Shown: positions 39,486 through 52,625 of the stretch, one piece after another
How positions within the stretch are numbered: the stretch's first letter is position 1
Layout: each line of letters starts with the position of its first letter
Assembly: GCA_951406725.2 (NCBI GenBank)
Contig: OX597829.1
Coordinates: forward strand, 27,218,001-27,282,000
Direction: 5' to 3'
Length of the DNA stretch: 64,000 nucleotides
From: Octopus vulgaris
Taxonomy: Eukaryota
Made by a program: the position numbers and the translations under genes
The notes under the pieces: generated by a model
The model's database searches: none
The model's input: the letters and a program-made list of their open reading frames with translations, nothing else
What the model was told of the DNA's origin: nothing

Positions 39486-39802
39486 CTGAAAAGGGAGAAA
39501 CAAGCAGAAATAACATGCACTAACAACTTACATCACAAATATAACATTACTGTCCAGGCATATCATACGTGCCTTGGGTGCAAACATATTCTCACATATT
39601 AGGAATTGTCCAATACAATCTTTAAATTGCTAGAGTGTGATTTGTCAGAGATTTGGCTGCTGTTTTCATTTGGTGTTTGAGCTAAGGTAGGAGAAAGGTG
39701 GGTTTTTTCATTGCTAGTAAGGTAAGGTAGTTGCTGGTGTGAATTTTGATTCAGCTAGTGAGGGTGATAAAGGGAAGGGATTTTTTCAGTCGCACACACA
39801 CA

Positions 39803-39832
<30 letters not shown>

Positions 39833-39833
<1 letters not shown>

Positions 39834-42800
39834 CATCATCATCATCATCATCATCATTTAGTGTCCGTTTTCCATGCTAGCATGGGTTGGACGGTTCAAC
39901 TGGGGTCTGTGAAGCCGGAAGGCTTCATCAGGCCCAGTCAGATCTAGCAGTGTTTCTACGGCTGGATGCTCTTCTTAACGCCAACCACTCCGTGAGTGTA
40001 GTGGGTGCTTTTTACGTGCCACCCGCACAGGTGCCAGACAGAGCTGGCAAACGGCCACGAACGGATGGTGCTTTTACGTGCCACCGGCATGGGGGCCAGG
40101 CGGGGCTGGCAACGGACACGAACGGATGGTGCTTTTACGTGCCACCAGTATGGGGGCCAGGCGAGGCTGGCAACGGACACGAGCGGATGGTACTTTTACG
40201 TGCCACCAGCACGGGGGCCAGGCGAGGCTGGCAACAGACATGAGCGGATGGTGCTTTTACATGCCACCGGCACGGGGGCCAGGCGAGGCTGGCAACGGAC
40301 ACGAACGGATGGTGCTTTTACGTGTCACCGGCACGGAGGCCAGACGGGGTGGCACTGGCAACGACCATGATCGGATGGTTCGCTTAACTACAGCTGCAAT
40401 TTCCACTAATGTTGATCGACCTCAATTTTGGTTCTGCTTTCTGATATCTGATATGATTTGGTTTGATTTTGATTTTGATTTTGATTTTGATTTTGACTGT
40501 TCTCACTGGTCTTGCCGGGTCTTCTCACGCACAGCATACTTCCATAGGTCTCGGTCTCTAGTCATTTCCTTGGTGAGACCTAAAGTTCAAAGGTCGTGCT
40601 TCACCACCTCGTCCCAGGTTTTCCTGGGTCTACCTCTTCCACAGGTCCCCTCAACTGCTAGGGTGTGGCACTTTTTCACACACCTATCTTCATCCATTCT
40701 TTCCACATGACCATACCAGCGCAATCGTCTCTCTTGCACACAACAACTGATGCTTCTTAGTTCCAACTTTTCTCTCAAGGTACTTACACTCTGTCGATTA
40801 TGAACACTGACATTACACATCCAACGGAGCATACTAGCTTCATTGCGAGCTTACGCAAATCCTCAGCAGTCACAGCCCATGTTTCACTACCATGTAGCAT
40901 GGCTGTACGTACATATGCATCATACAGTCTGCCTTTTACTTTGAGCGAGGGGCCTTTTGTCACCAGCAGGGGTAAGAGCTCTCTAAACTTTGCCCAGGCT
41001 ATTCTTATTCTAGCAGTTACACTTTCAGCACACCCTCCCCCGCTACTGACTTGGTCACCTAGGTAGCGGAAGCTATCAACTACTTCTAGTTTTTCTCCCT
41101 GGAACGTGGTAGAAGTTGGTCTCTGCATATTTTCAGAGTTTATTGCTCCTGAGCATCTGCCACAGATAAAAACTGTTTTCCTAGTTAGTCTTCCTTTGAC
41201 ATTACTACATCTCTTATGTGTCTATAGCTTACATTTGGTGCATCTTATAGAGTTTCTAGCTATGCCCTTTCTACAGATCGAGCAGGGCCATCTACCTGAA
41301 GGCGTTTGTGATTGGTATACCTTCCTACTTATTAGGACTTTGGTTTTGGCTAGGTTGATTCTAAGGCCCTTCGATTCTAAACCTTGCTTCCACACCTGAA
41401 ACTTCTCCTCCAGTTCTGATAGAGACTCAGCAATTAGAGCAAGGTCATCAGCATAGAGGAGCTCCCAGGGGCATCCTGTCTTGAATTCCTCCATTATTGC
41501 CTGGAGGACTGAGGACTCAACCTTGGTGGACCCCAACCTCTACCCTGAATTCTTCACTGTACTCGATGCCAACCCTCACCTTACTAGCAGCGTCTCTGTA
41601 CATGGCTTGTACAGCTCTCACTAACCATTCATCTATTCCTAGTTTCCTCATTGACCACCAGATAAGGGATTGGGGGACCCTGTCAAAGGCTTTCTCCATA
41701 TCAACAAAAGCCAGGTATAGAGGCTTGTCTTTGGCTAGGTATTTCTCCTGCAGCTGTCTTACCAGGAAAATAGCATCAGTGGTGCTTTTCCCTGGCACGG
41801 ACCCAAACTGCATCTGATCAAAGCTAACTCTCTCTCTAATTAGTTGGGCTATAACCCTCTCTGTAACCTTCATTACCTGATCCAGCAGCTTGATACCCCT
41901 GTAGTTATTTGTATCTAGGGCGTCACCTTTACCTTTGTAGCAGTTGACTATTATGCTGCTACACCAGTCATTGGGTATGACTCCTTCGTGTATCACCTGG
42001 TTAACTATACGGGTGACTAGGCTATAACCGACACTACCAGATATTTTGAGCATCTTTGCAGTAATTCCTGATGGGCCTGGGGCTTTCCCTGTTTTCATGC
42101 TTGTAATTGCCTTAACTACTAAGGAACTGTCAACTCGGATTGCTGGTCCCTCTGTTGGGTCAACATTCGGCAGACTCTCTTTATCCCATTCATTTTCCTC
42201 ATTCAGCAATCTTTCATAGTGGCATCTCCAAACCTCTCTCTTTGCATACTCATTTAGTGCAAGTGAGCCGTCATCCGTGCAAACACAATTTTCTCCTACC
42301 ACGTCACGATTATCTCTCACACACTGTCTTGCTATACGAAATACCTCAAGTCTTTCATTCTCACGGCACAGGACATTGGCAAATTTTTTCTTATCTGCTT
42401 CCCCTCTGGCTAAATACACCTGCCTCCTAGCTTCCCTTCTTGCAGTCTGATACACTTCCCTGCTACCACCGTTCTTCCAGTCCTTCCAAGCCTGTTTCTT
42501 TTGTCTAATAGCCCTGTCAACAGTGTTGTTCCACCACCACGTTATTTTGGGTCTAATGGGGACTTTGCACCAGCCACAGATCTGGTCAGTGGCTTTCAGC
42601 AGGTTGTCCCTTAGAAGCGCCCAGTTATCTTCTACCCCATGTGTAGCTATACCCCCTTCTATTTCGTCGAAGGCTTCAAGTAACGTGTCTCTAAATCTCT
42701 GTCCATTTGCAGGGTCTTTAAGCTTCCAGACCCTTCTTCTCCATGTTGGTCGTCTTCTAGTCGTCCTCTTAGTCCCGATCCTAAAGTCACTGACTACCAG

Positions 42801-43790
42801 TCTATGTTGTGGGGTACATTCTTTGCCTGGGAAGGTTTTGGCATTTATAAGCAGCCATCTTACCCTATTTCTGGCAAAAGACTATTCGCATCACAGAACT
42901 CCAGCAGCCTGGTTCCCTCCGCATTGAGAGAACCATAACCATAGCCTCCATGAACGCCATAGAAGCCCTCAGCATATCGTCCAACATGCCCATTGAAGTC
43001 ACAAGCCACAAAGAGAAGGTCCCTGTTGTTCGTCAATGAGGTGGTCTGCAGTATGGTGTCATAAAAACGGTCTTTCTGTCCATTGGGTAACCCTGGCTGA
43101 GGGGCATAGGCTGATATAATAGTTGCTAAACTATGATGGAGCACTAATCTAATCTTCAGTATTCTGTCACATACTCTGACTACCTCGATTACCTTATCTA
43201 TCCATTTTTCGGCAATAAGCATACCCACTCCCCTGACCCCTTTAGTATTCCCAGCCCAGAAAATCTCGTACCTCTGTCCTTTACCTGTGAGGAACCTAGC
43301 AGAACCTCCTCTCCACCTCACCTCTTGAATACAGCATATATCTACACACCTCCGTTCAAGCAATTCAACGATCTCACCAGATCTGCCTTTCAGTGTGCCA
43401 ACGTTGAGGGTGCCAACCCTGAGGAAGTGGGAGGCAATGGACCTAGTAGCATCATGAACCTGAAAAGAAAACTTGCGTTTGGCAGTATTCATAGACAAAC
43501 AATAAAACTCAAGTTCAAACCGCATACGTTACACCAAACATATCTTGCAATGAATGACCACTACCTTTTATGGAAGGAGGAGCAGGTGGCGTAAGACTTT
43601 GAAGTGGGCATGGGAGACAACAGGGATGTGAAGTGTACATGGGAGACAACAAGGATGGGAAAATTTAGGACTTCCTGTTGCGGTGGGGGCAGCATAAGAC
43701 TTTGAAGTGTACATGGGAGACAACAAGGATGAGAAAAATTTAAGGCTTCCTGTATCGGTGGAGGGGGTGGGAGGGCGGGGCACCCCGCAT
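39833..43790 (-). mobile_element. Essentially full-length but defective RTE LINE (5' leader, EN, RT with PHD, minisatellite 3' UTR); leader may extend to ~44124
   Basis: In-frame ATG at ~43492 ([18 protein letters not shown]), ORF pieces 42860-43525, 41517-42455, 41222-41536, 40784-41128, 40587-40832; small deletions including the EN IDY region near 42870; (CAT)n tail. Confidence 0.95.
40005..40380 (-). repeat. 61-bp tandem minisatellite in the RTE 3' UTR (about 6 units)
   Basis: Repeated unit gtgcttttacgtgccaccggcacgggggccaggcgaggctggcaacggacacgaacggatg. Confidence 0.93.
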
Positions 43791-44178
43791 GCGAAAAGTT
43801 TTATCCAGCCATGCGAGCGCTCCTAGAGGGGAAAAACTTATATAAAATAATAAAGACCTGTAAGATTGTAAATATGTATTCCATATTTAACGAGACGTGG
43901 GGCTGATCGATGGACAATAATAACTAATGAATTATACATAATATGTAATGTGAGGCGAAGCTGAAAATAATAAACAAAGCAACAACTAGAGGGCATCAAA
44001 TTGCATAGAAATATGACTGGTGAGAATACGGGCTGAATTGAGTTAAAAAAGTTTCTTATCTTGAAATCATTTCATTTTCGAACTGAAAACTTGGCAGAGG
44101 AATTCGAAATCGGGAATGAGACCGTATATATTTATATACTATATATACTTTATTTAAAAGCAGCAAAAATATAACAAA

Positions 44179-44220
44179 AGCTGTTACTCAGAATTTCACG
44201 TTCCCATTTGTCGGACAGTT
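44179..44220 (-). ncRNA. Degenerate minimal hammerhead-like motif in a Penelope-like end
   Basis: Minus strand ctgt CCGACAA atg-GGAA-cgt GAAA ttc-t-gag TA acag. Confidence 0.4.
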
Positions 44221-44252
44221 TTTGTATATATATATATATATATATACATATA

Positions 44253-44720
44253 TCAAAATCAAAATCAAAATCAAAATCAAATTCAAAATCAAAATCAAAT
44301 CAAACCAAATAAAAATAGATGAACATCAATGGAATTTGTATCCTTGTGGATGGCACATAAGAAAACCATCCGAACGTGACCGTAGCCAGTACCGCATCGA
44401 CTGGCCTCCGTGCTGTGGGCATGTAACAAACAACATCCGAGCGTGGCCGTTCGCCAGCCTCATCTGGCACCTGTGTCGGTGGCACATAAGAAAACACCAT
44501 CCGAGCGTGGCCGTCTGCCAGCCTCGTCTGGCACCTGTGTTGGTGGCACATAAAAACACCCACTACACTCTCGGAGTGGTTGGCGTTAGGAAGGGCATCC
44601 AGCTGTAGAAACACTGCCAGATCTGACTGGCCTGGTTCAGCCTTCGAGCTTGCCAGTTGAACCGTCCAACCCATGCTAGCATGGAAAGCGGACGTTAAAC
44701 GATGATGATGATGATGATGA
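44253..44720 (+). mobile_element. Young RTE 3' UTR-only copy
   Basis: (AAAATC)n, 3-4 minisatellite units, terminal block nearly identical to 21160-21334. Confidence 0.93.
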
Positions 44721-46629
44721 TACTTATAGGATGGTCACTAGAAAAGCACAAAATTTGAAGGCAAAACTAACAAGCATTAATTAGATCATCAATAAACTGT
44801 GTGATAGGTGGTTTCTGATTTGTTATTTCTGTTATTGAATGAGCACATAATCAGAACAAGCATTGATGTCATTTGCTTCTAAGTGAACCCCACATCATAG
44901 AAGAAAGCTGTGAAAGGAAACAGCTATCAGACTTTCAGGGACAAATTATTGTTCTTTTCAAGAGTAAAAATCCAGCTGGGGGACTGATTAAATATTTAAC
45001 TGTATTACTGAACTTTTTTTCAACTATCACAAGGCATCAGTTTGATACTGTTGTTGCAACTTTGAAACTTCGTTTACTTCAAATAGATCTCGTGAAAATA
45101 TAAATTCACATTTCACGAATTTTCCTCTTTTCTAGCAACCACCCTATCTATTGAAACATAAATATCACCATAGGATATATCATCAGTGGTAGCAGTGGTG
45201 GTACCAGCAATTGTGGCAAAGGTAGAGGTGTTGTTTTATGTCTGCTTTTTATATCGATAGTGGTCAGACAGGTTGTCATGGTCTGAGTCAGTTCTCATTT
45301 GAGGTTTCTGCCTTTGTAGATAGGTCAAAGAGCATGTCTCGCCCATCTATTCCGTTTATTTTTAGGATGATTTTTAAAGCTTTTCTCACTGCTACTGTCC
45401 TACTATCCAGCTGAAATTTCTTCTCACTGCTATTGTTTGTTCTACCAGTTGAAAGGCATTTCTATATTTCCTCTTGGTGTTATCTTTTGCATAATTTTGT
45501 CATGTCTAAACTGTAAGGGGCAAGTTAGATGTCTTATTTGTCCAGTTGGAATAGAAAGACCATTCACATTCCTTTTTTGTGTTTCATTCACTTGTTTCAT
45601 AAACTTTAACCCAAGTAGCCTCTAGCCTTAATTACTGAAGATTGCTAAACATTGCAGTCATATCAGTTGGGGTCTGAACCTACATACGATGTTCAGTTGA
45701 TGTCTGAAGATGGGTCAATTTTTTTGCTTAAATCATTTTTGTTTACGTTGTACTTTGTCCATTTTGCCATTCTTCTTTGTCTCGTCTAATTTGTTAATGT
45801 TTTTCAAGTCATTCTGTATAAATTTTTATTGAAAATGATGATTTTTTTTTTTTGGTTTCCAACAATTCTTATTGCCTTCACAGTGTTTACCCTTTTACAA
45901 AATTAAATTAGAAAATTAGACAAAACAGAGAACACAATTGAAAAAATTAAAAAGAAAAAAGAAAAAAGTGAGAGAAAGGAAAGAGAAAAAGGAAAAACCC
46001 ACAAAATTCACCACCTTTGGTTGAAAAGTTGGGAGCACTGGGAAACCTCTCTGGTGGCTATTGAGGCATGCCAACATGCTTGCAGTATTGCCACGGATGA
46101 TGGCAAGACTGATGCACCAAAACAGCCAACCGCTTGTTCAACTCTGGCAAGAAAGGCCATGGAGGCCTGTGGAGTCAAGGAGCCTGCCACAACAACAGAT
46201 CAGCTTCCACTCTGAGGGCAATGGAGACACAAAATTCGTCCAAGCTGAGTAGGCCACCAACATTAGTCACAGGGGTGGCATCAATCCAGTCACCTGAGTA
46301 TTTTGGCCCCAGCAGACAGTAAGCAACACCTTGAAAACTGGTCTGACTGGATGAAGCAGGAGTTGAAGATGGCTTTCAAAATTATGTTGTAGACAGCCAG
46401 CTAAATTACTTAATGAAATTTTGACTGACAACAATTGGAGTCAATTAGAGCAACTAATTTTTGCTGTTTTCTTGAACTTCCCACTGAGTAAATTGTTTCT
46501 GTCATCAGGCTTCCTATACGTATCTGAATTCATTATCTTAACCAAATTACTTGTCACTTTCTCAAACTTATCCCTATGAACTATGATACTCACAAATACC
46601 AAATACAAATTTCCACACACATGTACACA

Positions 46630-46903
46630 AGCATTCCTGTGTGGTTAAGAAGTGTGCTTGGTAACCACATGCCTTGGGTCCTGTCTCAATATGCAGTGCC
46701 TGAGGCAAGTGTCTTCTAATTATAGGCCAGGGATGACAAATGTTTTGTGAGTGAATATGGTTATAGAAACTGTATGGAAGCTCATTATATATGTGTGTTT
46801 CGCAACCAGATGTTTTTGGATTTTGTTCCAATATGCAATGCCTTGGAGAGAGTGTCTTCTACTTATAGCCCAGGGATGACCAATTTTTGTGAGTGGTGTG
46901 TGT

Positions 46904-46955
<52 letters not shown>

Positions 46956-47215
46956 CGTGTGTGTGTGTGTCTGTGCATGTGTGTGTGTGTTTGTGCATCG
47001 TTTGTGTGTGCATGCATGTGTGTATATGTGAGTGTGTTTGCTCTCCCACTCCATGTATTGGTTTGCTTACATCCTTGTGATTTAGCAGTTAGGCAAATGA
47101 GACTAATAGAATAAACACCAGATTCTAAAAAGAATATGGAGTTGATTTGCTTGACTATAATCTCAATATAATCATAGTCCTATGACTGAAACAAATAAAA
47201 GAAAAAGAAGAAGAA
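46630..47215 (+). mobile_element. Old SINE family A copy or copies with expanded internal (GT)n
   Basis: ctgtgtggttaagaag, gcaagtgtcttcta, gactaatagaataa, tatgactgaaacaaataaaag. Confidence 0.7.
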
Positions 47216-47397
47216 GAAAAAGAAATGAATATTGGCCCATGCATCAGATTTTCATTATGACAAAACACAAATCATTTTAGTTTATACAGCATTGTGGAAA
47301 ATAACATTCATTTTCATGTGTAATTGCTTTATATATATATATTGGAAGTTTTTTGCTATTATATTTAATTGCTGTATTTTGAAACCAGTTATCATGT

Positions 47398-47722
47398 AAT
47401 TTTATATTTAAGAGATGAGGAATTATGTACATTATTTACATTATTTACATTGTTTACGCTATGCCATATGCCCATGGGCATATGGTGTAGTGGTTAAGAG
47501 CGCGGACAACTAACCCCAAGATTCCGAGTTCGATTCCAAGCAGTGACCTGAACTACAAAAACAACAACAATAATAATAACAACATCGAAAAATACCTTAG
47601 GAATGAGGACCCAGGTTCGAAATTTCCCCAAGACACCTGAAGAAGGCTGGAAGGTACATCAGCTGAAACATTGTTAACAACAAACAAGATAAGGACAAAT
47701 ATCTGTCAAATGTAAATAATGC
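47398..47722 (+). mobile_element. TSD-flanked non-autonomous retroelement: tRNA-like Pol III head plus hammerhead-bearing Penelope-like tail
   Basis: 14-bp TSD accagttatcatgt; A box 47483-47493; B box 47526-47537; hammerhead motif 47632-47675; inverted terminal segment. Confidence 0.75.
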
Positions 47723-48675
47723 ACCAGTTATCATGTGTTTTTAAGGTTTGCATTTCCTCTTGAAGGAACTGATTTTTGTAGCTCCAGCATGGCTCCCTTA
47801 ATCTTCATTTTTTCCAGAATTTCTTCCTAATTCATTCTTCATTCAATAATAGCCCTTCATATGGCCATTACATACACACACATGCACACGCCAAATGAGA
47901 CAGTAGGAAATGGATTGGAATTTTACTGCTGCAAACAAACTGAAAAGAATAGTGCTCTCTTAAGGTATGGGTACACTGGACAGTTGTTTGGGTGTTTCAT
48001 GGGCTAGGGGTCTTATTCTGTTGTGGCTTACTGTCAATAAATACTAGAAGGCCCAGTGCAATGATTTTCCCAGGAGCCTTAAAATGCTGCCAAGATGGCC
48101 CTAGCAAGGAACTCTTATAGAAATATATTTTTAAAAAATGAAAGAAGAAAAAAACATGATGTAGAAGATGTAAGCTGAAATCAGTTGGTTCCTTTTTTTT
48201 CAAAAAAGGGGTTAATAGAAAGCCGTTCCTCATTTACATATACAAATACAAGTATCTATGTGTGTGCATGTGCATGTGTGTATTTATGTTTATACACACA
48301 TACACATATACAATACTTATTACTAACAAAGACTGTTTATTTTGAAGTTTTACTAATACTAGACTCTCAAAGTAGTAAATGGTAAGATGAAATTCTCTTT
48401 ATTATCTATGATACTAATTGGTGTACGGAAAAAGCAGTGGGTTGAAATAGTGAATAAAAGCTTCAAATGGGAGGAAGAAAGCAGGAAAAACAGGTGCAGA
48501 CATATCTGTGTGGTTAAGAAGCTTGCTTTGCAACCACATGGTTTCAGTTTCAGTCCCACTGTGTAACAACTTGAGTAAGTATTTTCTACCATAGTCCCAG
48601 ATCAGTTCCTTGTGAGTGAATTTGGTACATAAGAATTGCATGGAAGCCTAGTCTGTATGTATATACATATGTATA

Positions 48676-49435
48676 CAGGGTGCAATGGGTAAATTGTCGC
48701 CATTTTCTATTTTTAATTTTGCACATGCTCATTGTTTATTTTTGATTTTGTCAACTACACAGTATAGTAGGGTCAGCTGGGCACTGTCTGTGAGAAAAGC
48801 AGCACCATGACGCAATTCACTCTGCCAGAAATTTGGAAATTACATGCTGTACTGCTTCACATTCATGCCAGAAGATCCAAGACAAACATTTCAGAGTGTT
48901 TGGGTGTCAGTCTGAGGACAGTGTAGAGAATTCAAATACATAAAGATCAAACATCCAATCAACATCATGGTGATTGGAGTGATCACTAGTGATGGTGATG
49001 TTATGCTTCCATTCATCTTTCTTCATGGCTTCAGGTTCAACACAGAGGCTTACATCAAGTGCATGGAGGAGGTAGTGTTGCCTGGGTCAAGAAGGTGACT
49101 GCTGGAAGACCCCTATATCTGGCAATGGAACTCTGCATAATGCCACACAAGCAGGAGAACCCAGTCGTGGCTGTCAGACAATTTCTGCAATCACATCACC
49201 CCTAACATCTGGCCACCTAACTCCACAGACTACAACCCCCTTGATTATTGTGCGTGGGACGCAGTTGAGAGAGAGACCAACAAAACTCCTTGTAACACCA
49301 AAGATGAACTGGAGCCAAGTGTTAAGGCAGCATTTACTAACTTAAACAAGGGGACTGTCCAGAAGAGTTACAGGAGATTCCAAAGTCGTCTGGAGGCCGC
49401 GGTTGAAGCCAATGGTGATTTTATAAAACAAATTT
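48676..49435 (+). mobile_element. Second maT (DD37D) copy, internally deleted, right TIR missing
   Basis: TA then CAGGGTG; homologous to 16110-17417; WPPNSTDYNPLDY. Confidence 0.85.
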
Positions 49436-50032
49436 CTGTGTATGTATGTATACCCACAAAAACAGAAAAAGAACTCCACTATTTTAGCATTTGATTAAAA
49501 GGGAAAAATTAATTTTTATGACAGAAAATGAAATTGTTTTTAGAGAGAGAGAAAAACAACTGTGCTGTTTTGCCTAGTATATGTATGTGAACGAATTATT
49601 GAAAACTGTATTTCTATATACTCAATATGCAAGAAATAACTGTCAAGTCTCCTTACAATCACATCTTATCTTCTTTCAGTAAATTATATCTTTCCTTCTT
49701 TCAGTGAAGATATCTTTGATTTTCAGCTGAAATGATCTTTAAAATGATTTCAAAATTCTTATGAAACAAATTGCAAACTCACTGAAAACAAATGATAAAT
49801 TAACACTAATGATGCACAAAAAACATAAAATGAGTAATTTTAGTAACAAACTACAATTGATGAAGCAAATACTGACAGTAATATAGTCAACTGAAACCTT
49901 TGAAGTAAGTGCCCCAGCATGGCCACAGCCTATTAACCAAAACTAGTAAAAGAATGTATACAAACATAATCAAAGGCAAATGTTTTCTCTAAGCATACCT
50001 TCTAAATGTTTCAAAACCTCTTGTTTTCCCAG

Positions 50033-50122
50033 GAAACAGTGAAACGCAAGATTGGAAAGTTTCAGAATATAAAAGTCCTTGGAATGAAGACTACAAGAAT
50101 TAAGAAGATGAAACGGCCAGAT
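50033..50122 (+). other. Possible 90-nt host exon
   Basis: ctcttgttttcccag| open phase-0 frame ETVKRKIGKFQNIKVLGMKTTRIKKMKRPD |gtaagg; no homology recognised. Confidence 0.2.
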
Positions 50123-51329
50123 GTAAGGTAGAAAGTTAAGCTGCACACTCTGAAGAATGGAATCAGTTTTAGGTAGGATTCATCATGACAATGCATCATT
50201 GATTAAATATTTTTATTACAATGTAGCAGTGATCAATGACAACATGTCATGTCAGGTCAGGTATGAGTTTGGTCTGCCTCAGGTGTGTGCATTTGGGTAG
50301 ATTAAATCAGGACAGTTATTTTACTGATTAGGAAAATGCTAACAAACATTCTGGTATTTCCAATTAAAAAAGAAAAGTAATTTAAAAAAATTTTATTTTA
50401 TAGCTTTTATTATCTTTGCAGGTTCTGGTTAGGTTACTTCAACTTATCTTCAGTTTGAATTCCTGTTAAAAAAAATCTTTACAGAAGAGGAGTTCCAGTG
50501 GAATGCAGTGGGAGAAAAAAAAAAAAAAAATGAATGAACTGCCAAATAGTAGCAGGAGTAGGATTGGATGAGATCTAGGAAGATGATAAGAAGTAGATAA
50601 GGTACATAATTTGTTAGTTCAGTGGGGCAGAAAACATTAAGCTAATGACAGGGGGGAAACAGGGGCACTGTACAAGTAAGGTTAGTTTGTTAGTAAACTT
50701 TGTTAATCAGATAGGCTAAAGAGGATGATGATGATGATGGTGATGGTGGTGGTACTGCTGCTGGTGGTACTGCAGCTGATGCTGGTGATGAGATGAGGAG
50801 GAGTTGCTAATGAATATTTGTGTATTTATGTTTATGAACACACACGCACACACACACATCATCATCATCATCATCATCTAATGTTTATTTTCCATGCTGG
50901 CATGGGTTGGATGGTTTGACAGGAACTGACCAGCTGGGATGCTGTCCAGACTCCAATTGTCTGTTGTGGTATGGTTTCTATGGCTGAATGCCCTTCCTAA
51001 TGCTGACAACCTTTAGTTAGTTTGTTTCTATTTATACACATGGTTGCACATATAACTTTAAAAGTGTCTAAAAAAACAGATTGATATGTCAGCGAGCAGT
51101 TTAGCTTAGTGGTAAAGCTTTAAAAAAAGCATCAAAAGATATGTGTTTGAGTTCAATGGCTGGTTGTTGACAAATTTTTCTGCTTTGTAAGAACCCAATG
51201 CTCTTACTGTTCTAACAGCGTCTCTGCGTTCAAAAATAAATTATCATCTTATTTGTATTTTTATACACTTTTCAGCACTTATTTAAAAAAAAAAAACAGA
51301 TGTTAGTTTACATATATATATATAGGTAT

Positions 51330-51880
51330 AGAAGTAGTTGATAGCTTCTGTTACCTAGGTGACCAAGTCAGTAGCGGGGTGGGTGCACTGAAAGTGTAAC
51401 TGCTAGAATAAGAATAGCCCGAACAAAGTTCAGAGAGCTCTTATGTCTGCTGGTGACAAAGGGCCTCTTTCTCAGAGTAAAAGGTAGATTGTATGACACG
51501 TGTACGAACACCATTTGAGCGTGATTGTTACCAGTGTCGCCTTACTGGCACTTTTGCCGGTGGTACGTGAAAATCAACATTCAAACGAGGGCGTTGCCAG
51601 TGCTGCTGGACAGGCTCCTGTGCAGGTAGCATGTAAAAAACACCATTTGAGCATGGAGTTGCCAGTACCACCTGACTGGCCCTCAACCAGTGGCACGTAA
51701 AAGCACCCACTACACTCTCGGGGTGCTTAGCATTAAGCAGGGCATCCAGCTGTAGAAACTCTGCCAGATCAGATTGGAGACTGGTGCAGCCATCTGGTTC
51801 GCCAGTCCTCAGTGAAATCGTCCAACCCATGTCAGCATGGAAAGTGGACGTTAAAAGATGATGATGATGATCATGATGAT
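51330..51880 (+). mobile_element. Internally deleted RTE copy (RT fragment fused to 3' UTR)
   Basis: EVVDSFCYLGDQVSSG..LRVKGRLYDTCT joins directly to ccatttgagcgtg repeat units and the tail. Confidence 0.88.
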
Positions 51881-51924
51881 ATACACACACACACATACAC
51901 ACATATATAGGTATATATATATAT

Positions 51925-52290
51925 CATTATCATCATCATCATTTAAAATCCATTGTCCATGCTGGCATGGGTCGGATGGTTTTACCAGGGCTGGTAAGCT
52001 GAGGGGTTGCATCAAACTCCAGTCTGATTTGAATGGTTTCTACACCTGGATGCCCTTCCTATCTCCAACCACTCTGAGAGTGAAATGGGTGCTTTTATGT
52101 GCCACCAGCACGTAAGTCAGTATCTTCCACAATCATGATTTCACTTATCTTTATAGGTCTTCTTCTCAAGCACAGCATATTGCCAATAGTTTTGGTCATT
52201 TGTCATTGCCTCCATGAGGGCCAATGCTCGAAATGTGCATTTTACATGCTACCAACATGGATGCTAGTTACACGACACTAGTATTGGCTA
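51925..52290 (-). mobile_element. Old RTE 3' end
   Basis: (CAT)n, tccatgctggcatggg, ggatgcccttcc, tcttctcaagcacagcat. Confidence 0.75.
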
Positions 52291-52589
52291 TATTGCTTCC
52301 ATGTGGCAATACATATGTATACATATTAATAATAATAAAATGGCAGCAAAAGAATGAGACTTTGATATTAGGTAAATAGAGGATATTTATATATGTATAG
52401 TTTAGGAAATCAGTAAGTTGGCATAATAGTACTCAGTGTTTCTAATGCTATCAAAATGAGTTATATGAAAGATAATGGGTCCAAAATTCTGTATTTGCTT
52501 AATATTATCATCAAGTTATTGTTATCAAAAGAAGCATCTATCTATCAATCATCTATTAAGCTAACTATTTATATATATATATGTGTGTG

Positions 52590-52625
<36 letters not shown>

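Noticed and set aside
40005-40710. CRISPR-like array or repeat-protein ORFs (e.g. 40078-40710, 210 aa)
   Set aside because: Units are contiguous tandem repeats without unique spacers and lie in a LINE 3' UTR; there are no cas genes; the ORFs are GC-rich repeat artefacts
44253-44300. (AAAATC)n as a telomere-like repeat
   Set aside because: It is an internal linker of the RTE 3' UTR, also present at 12735 and 40455
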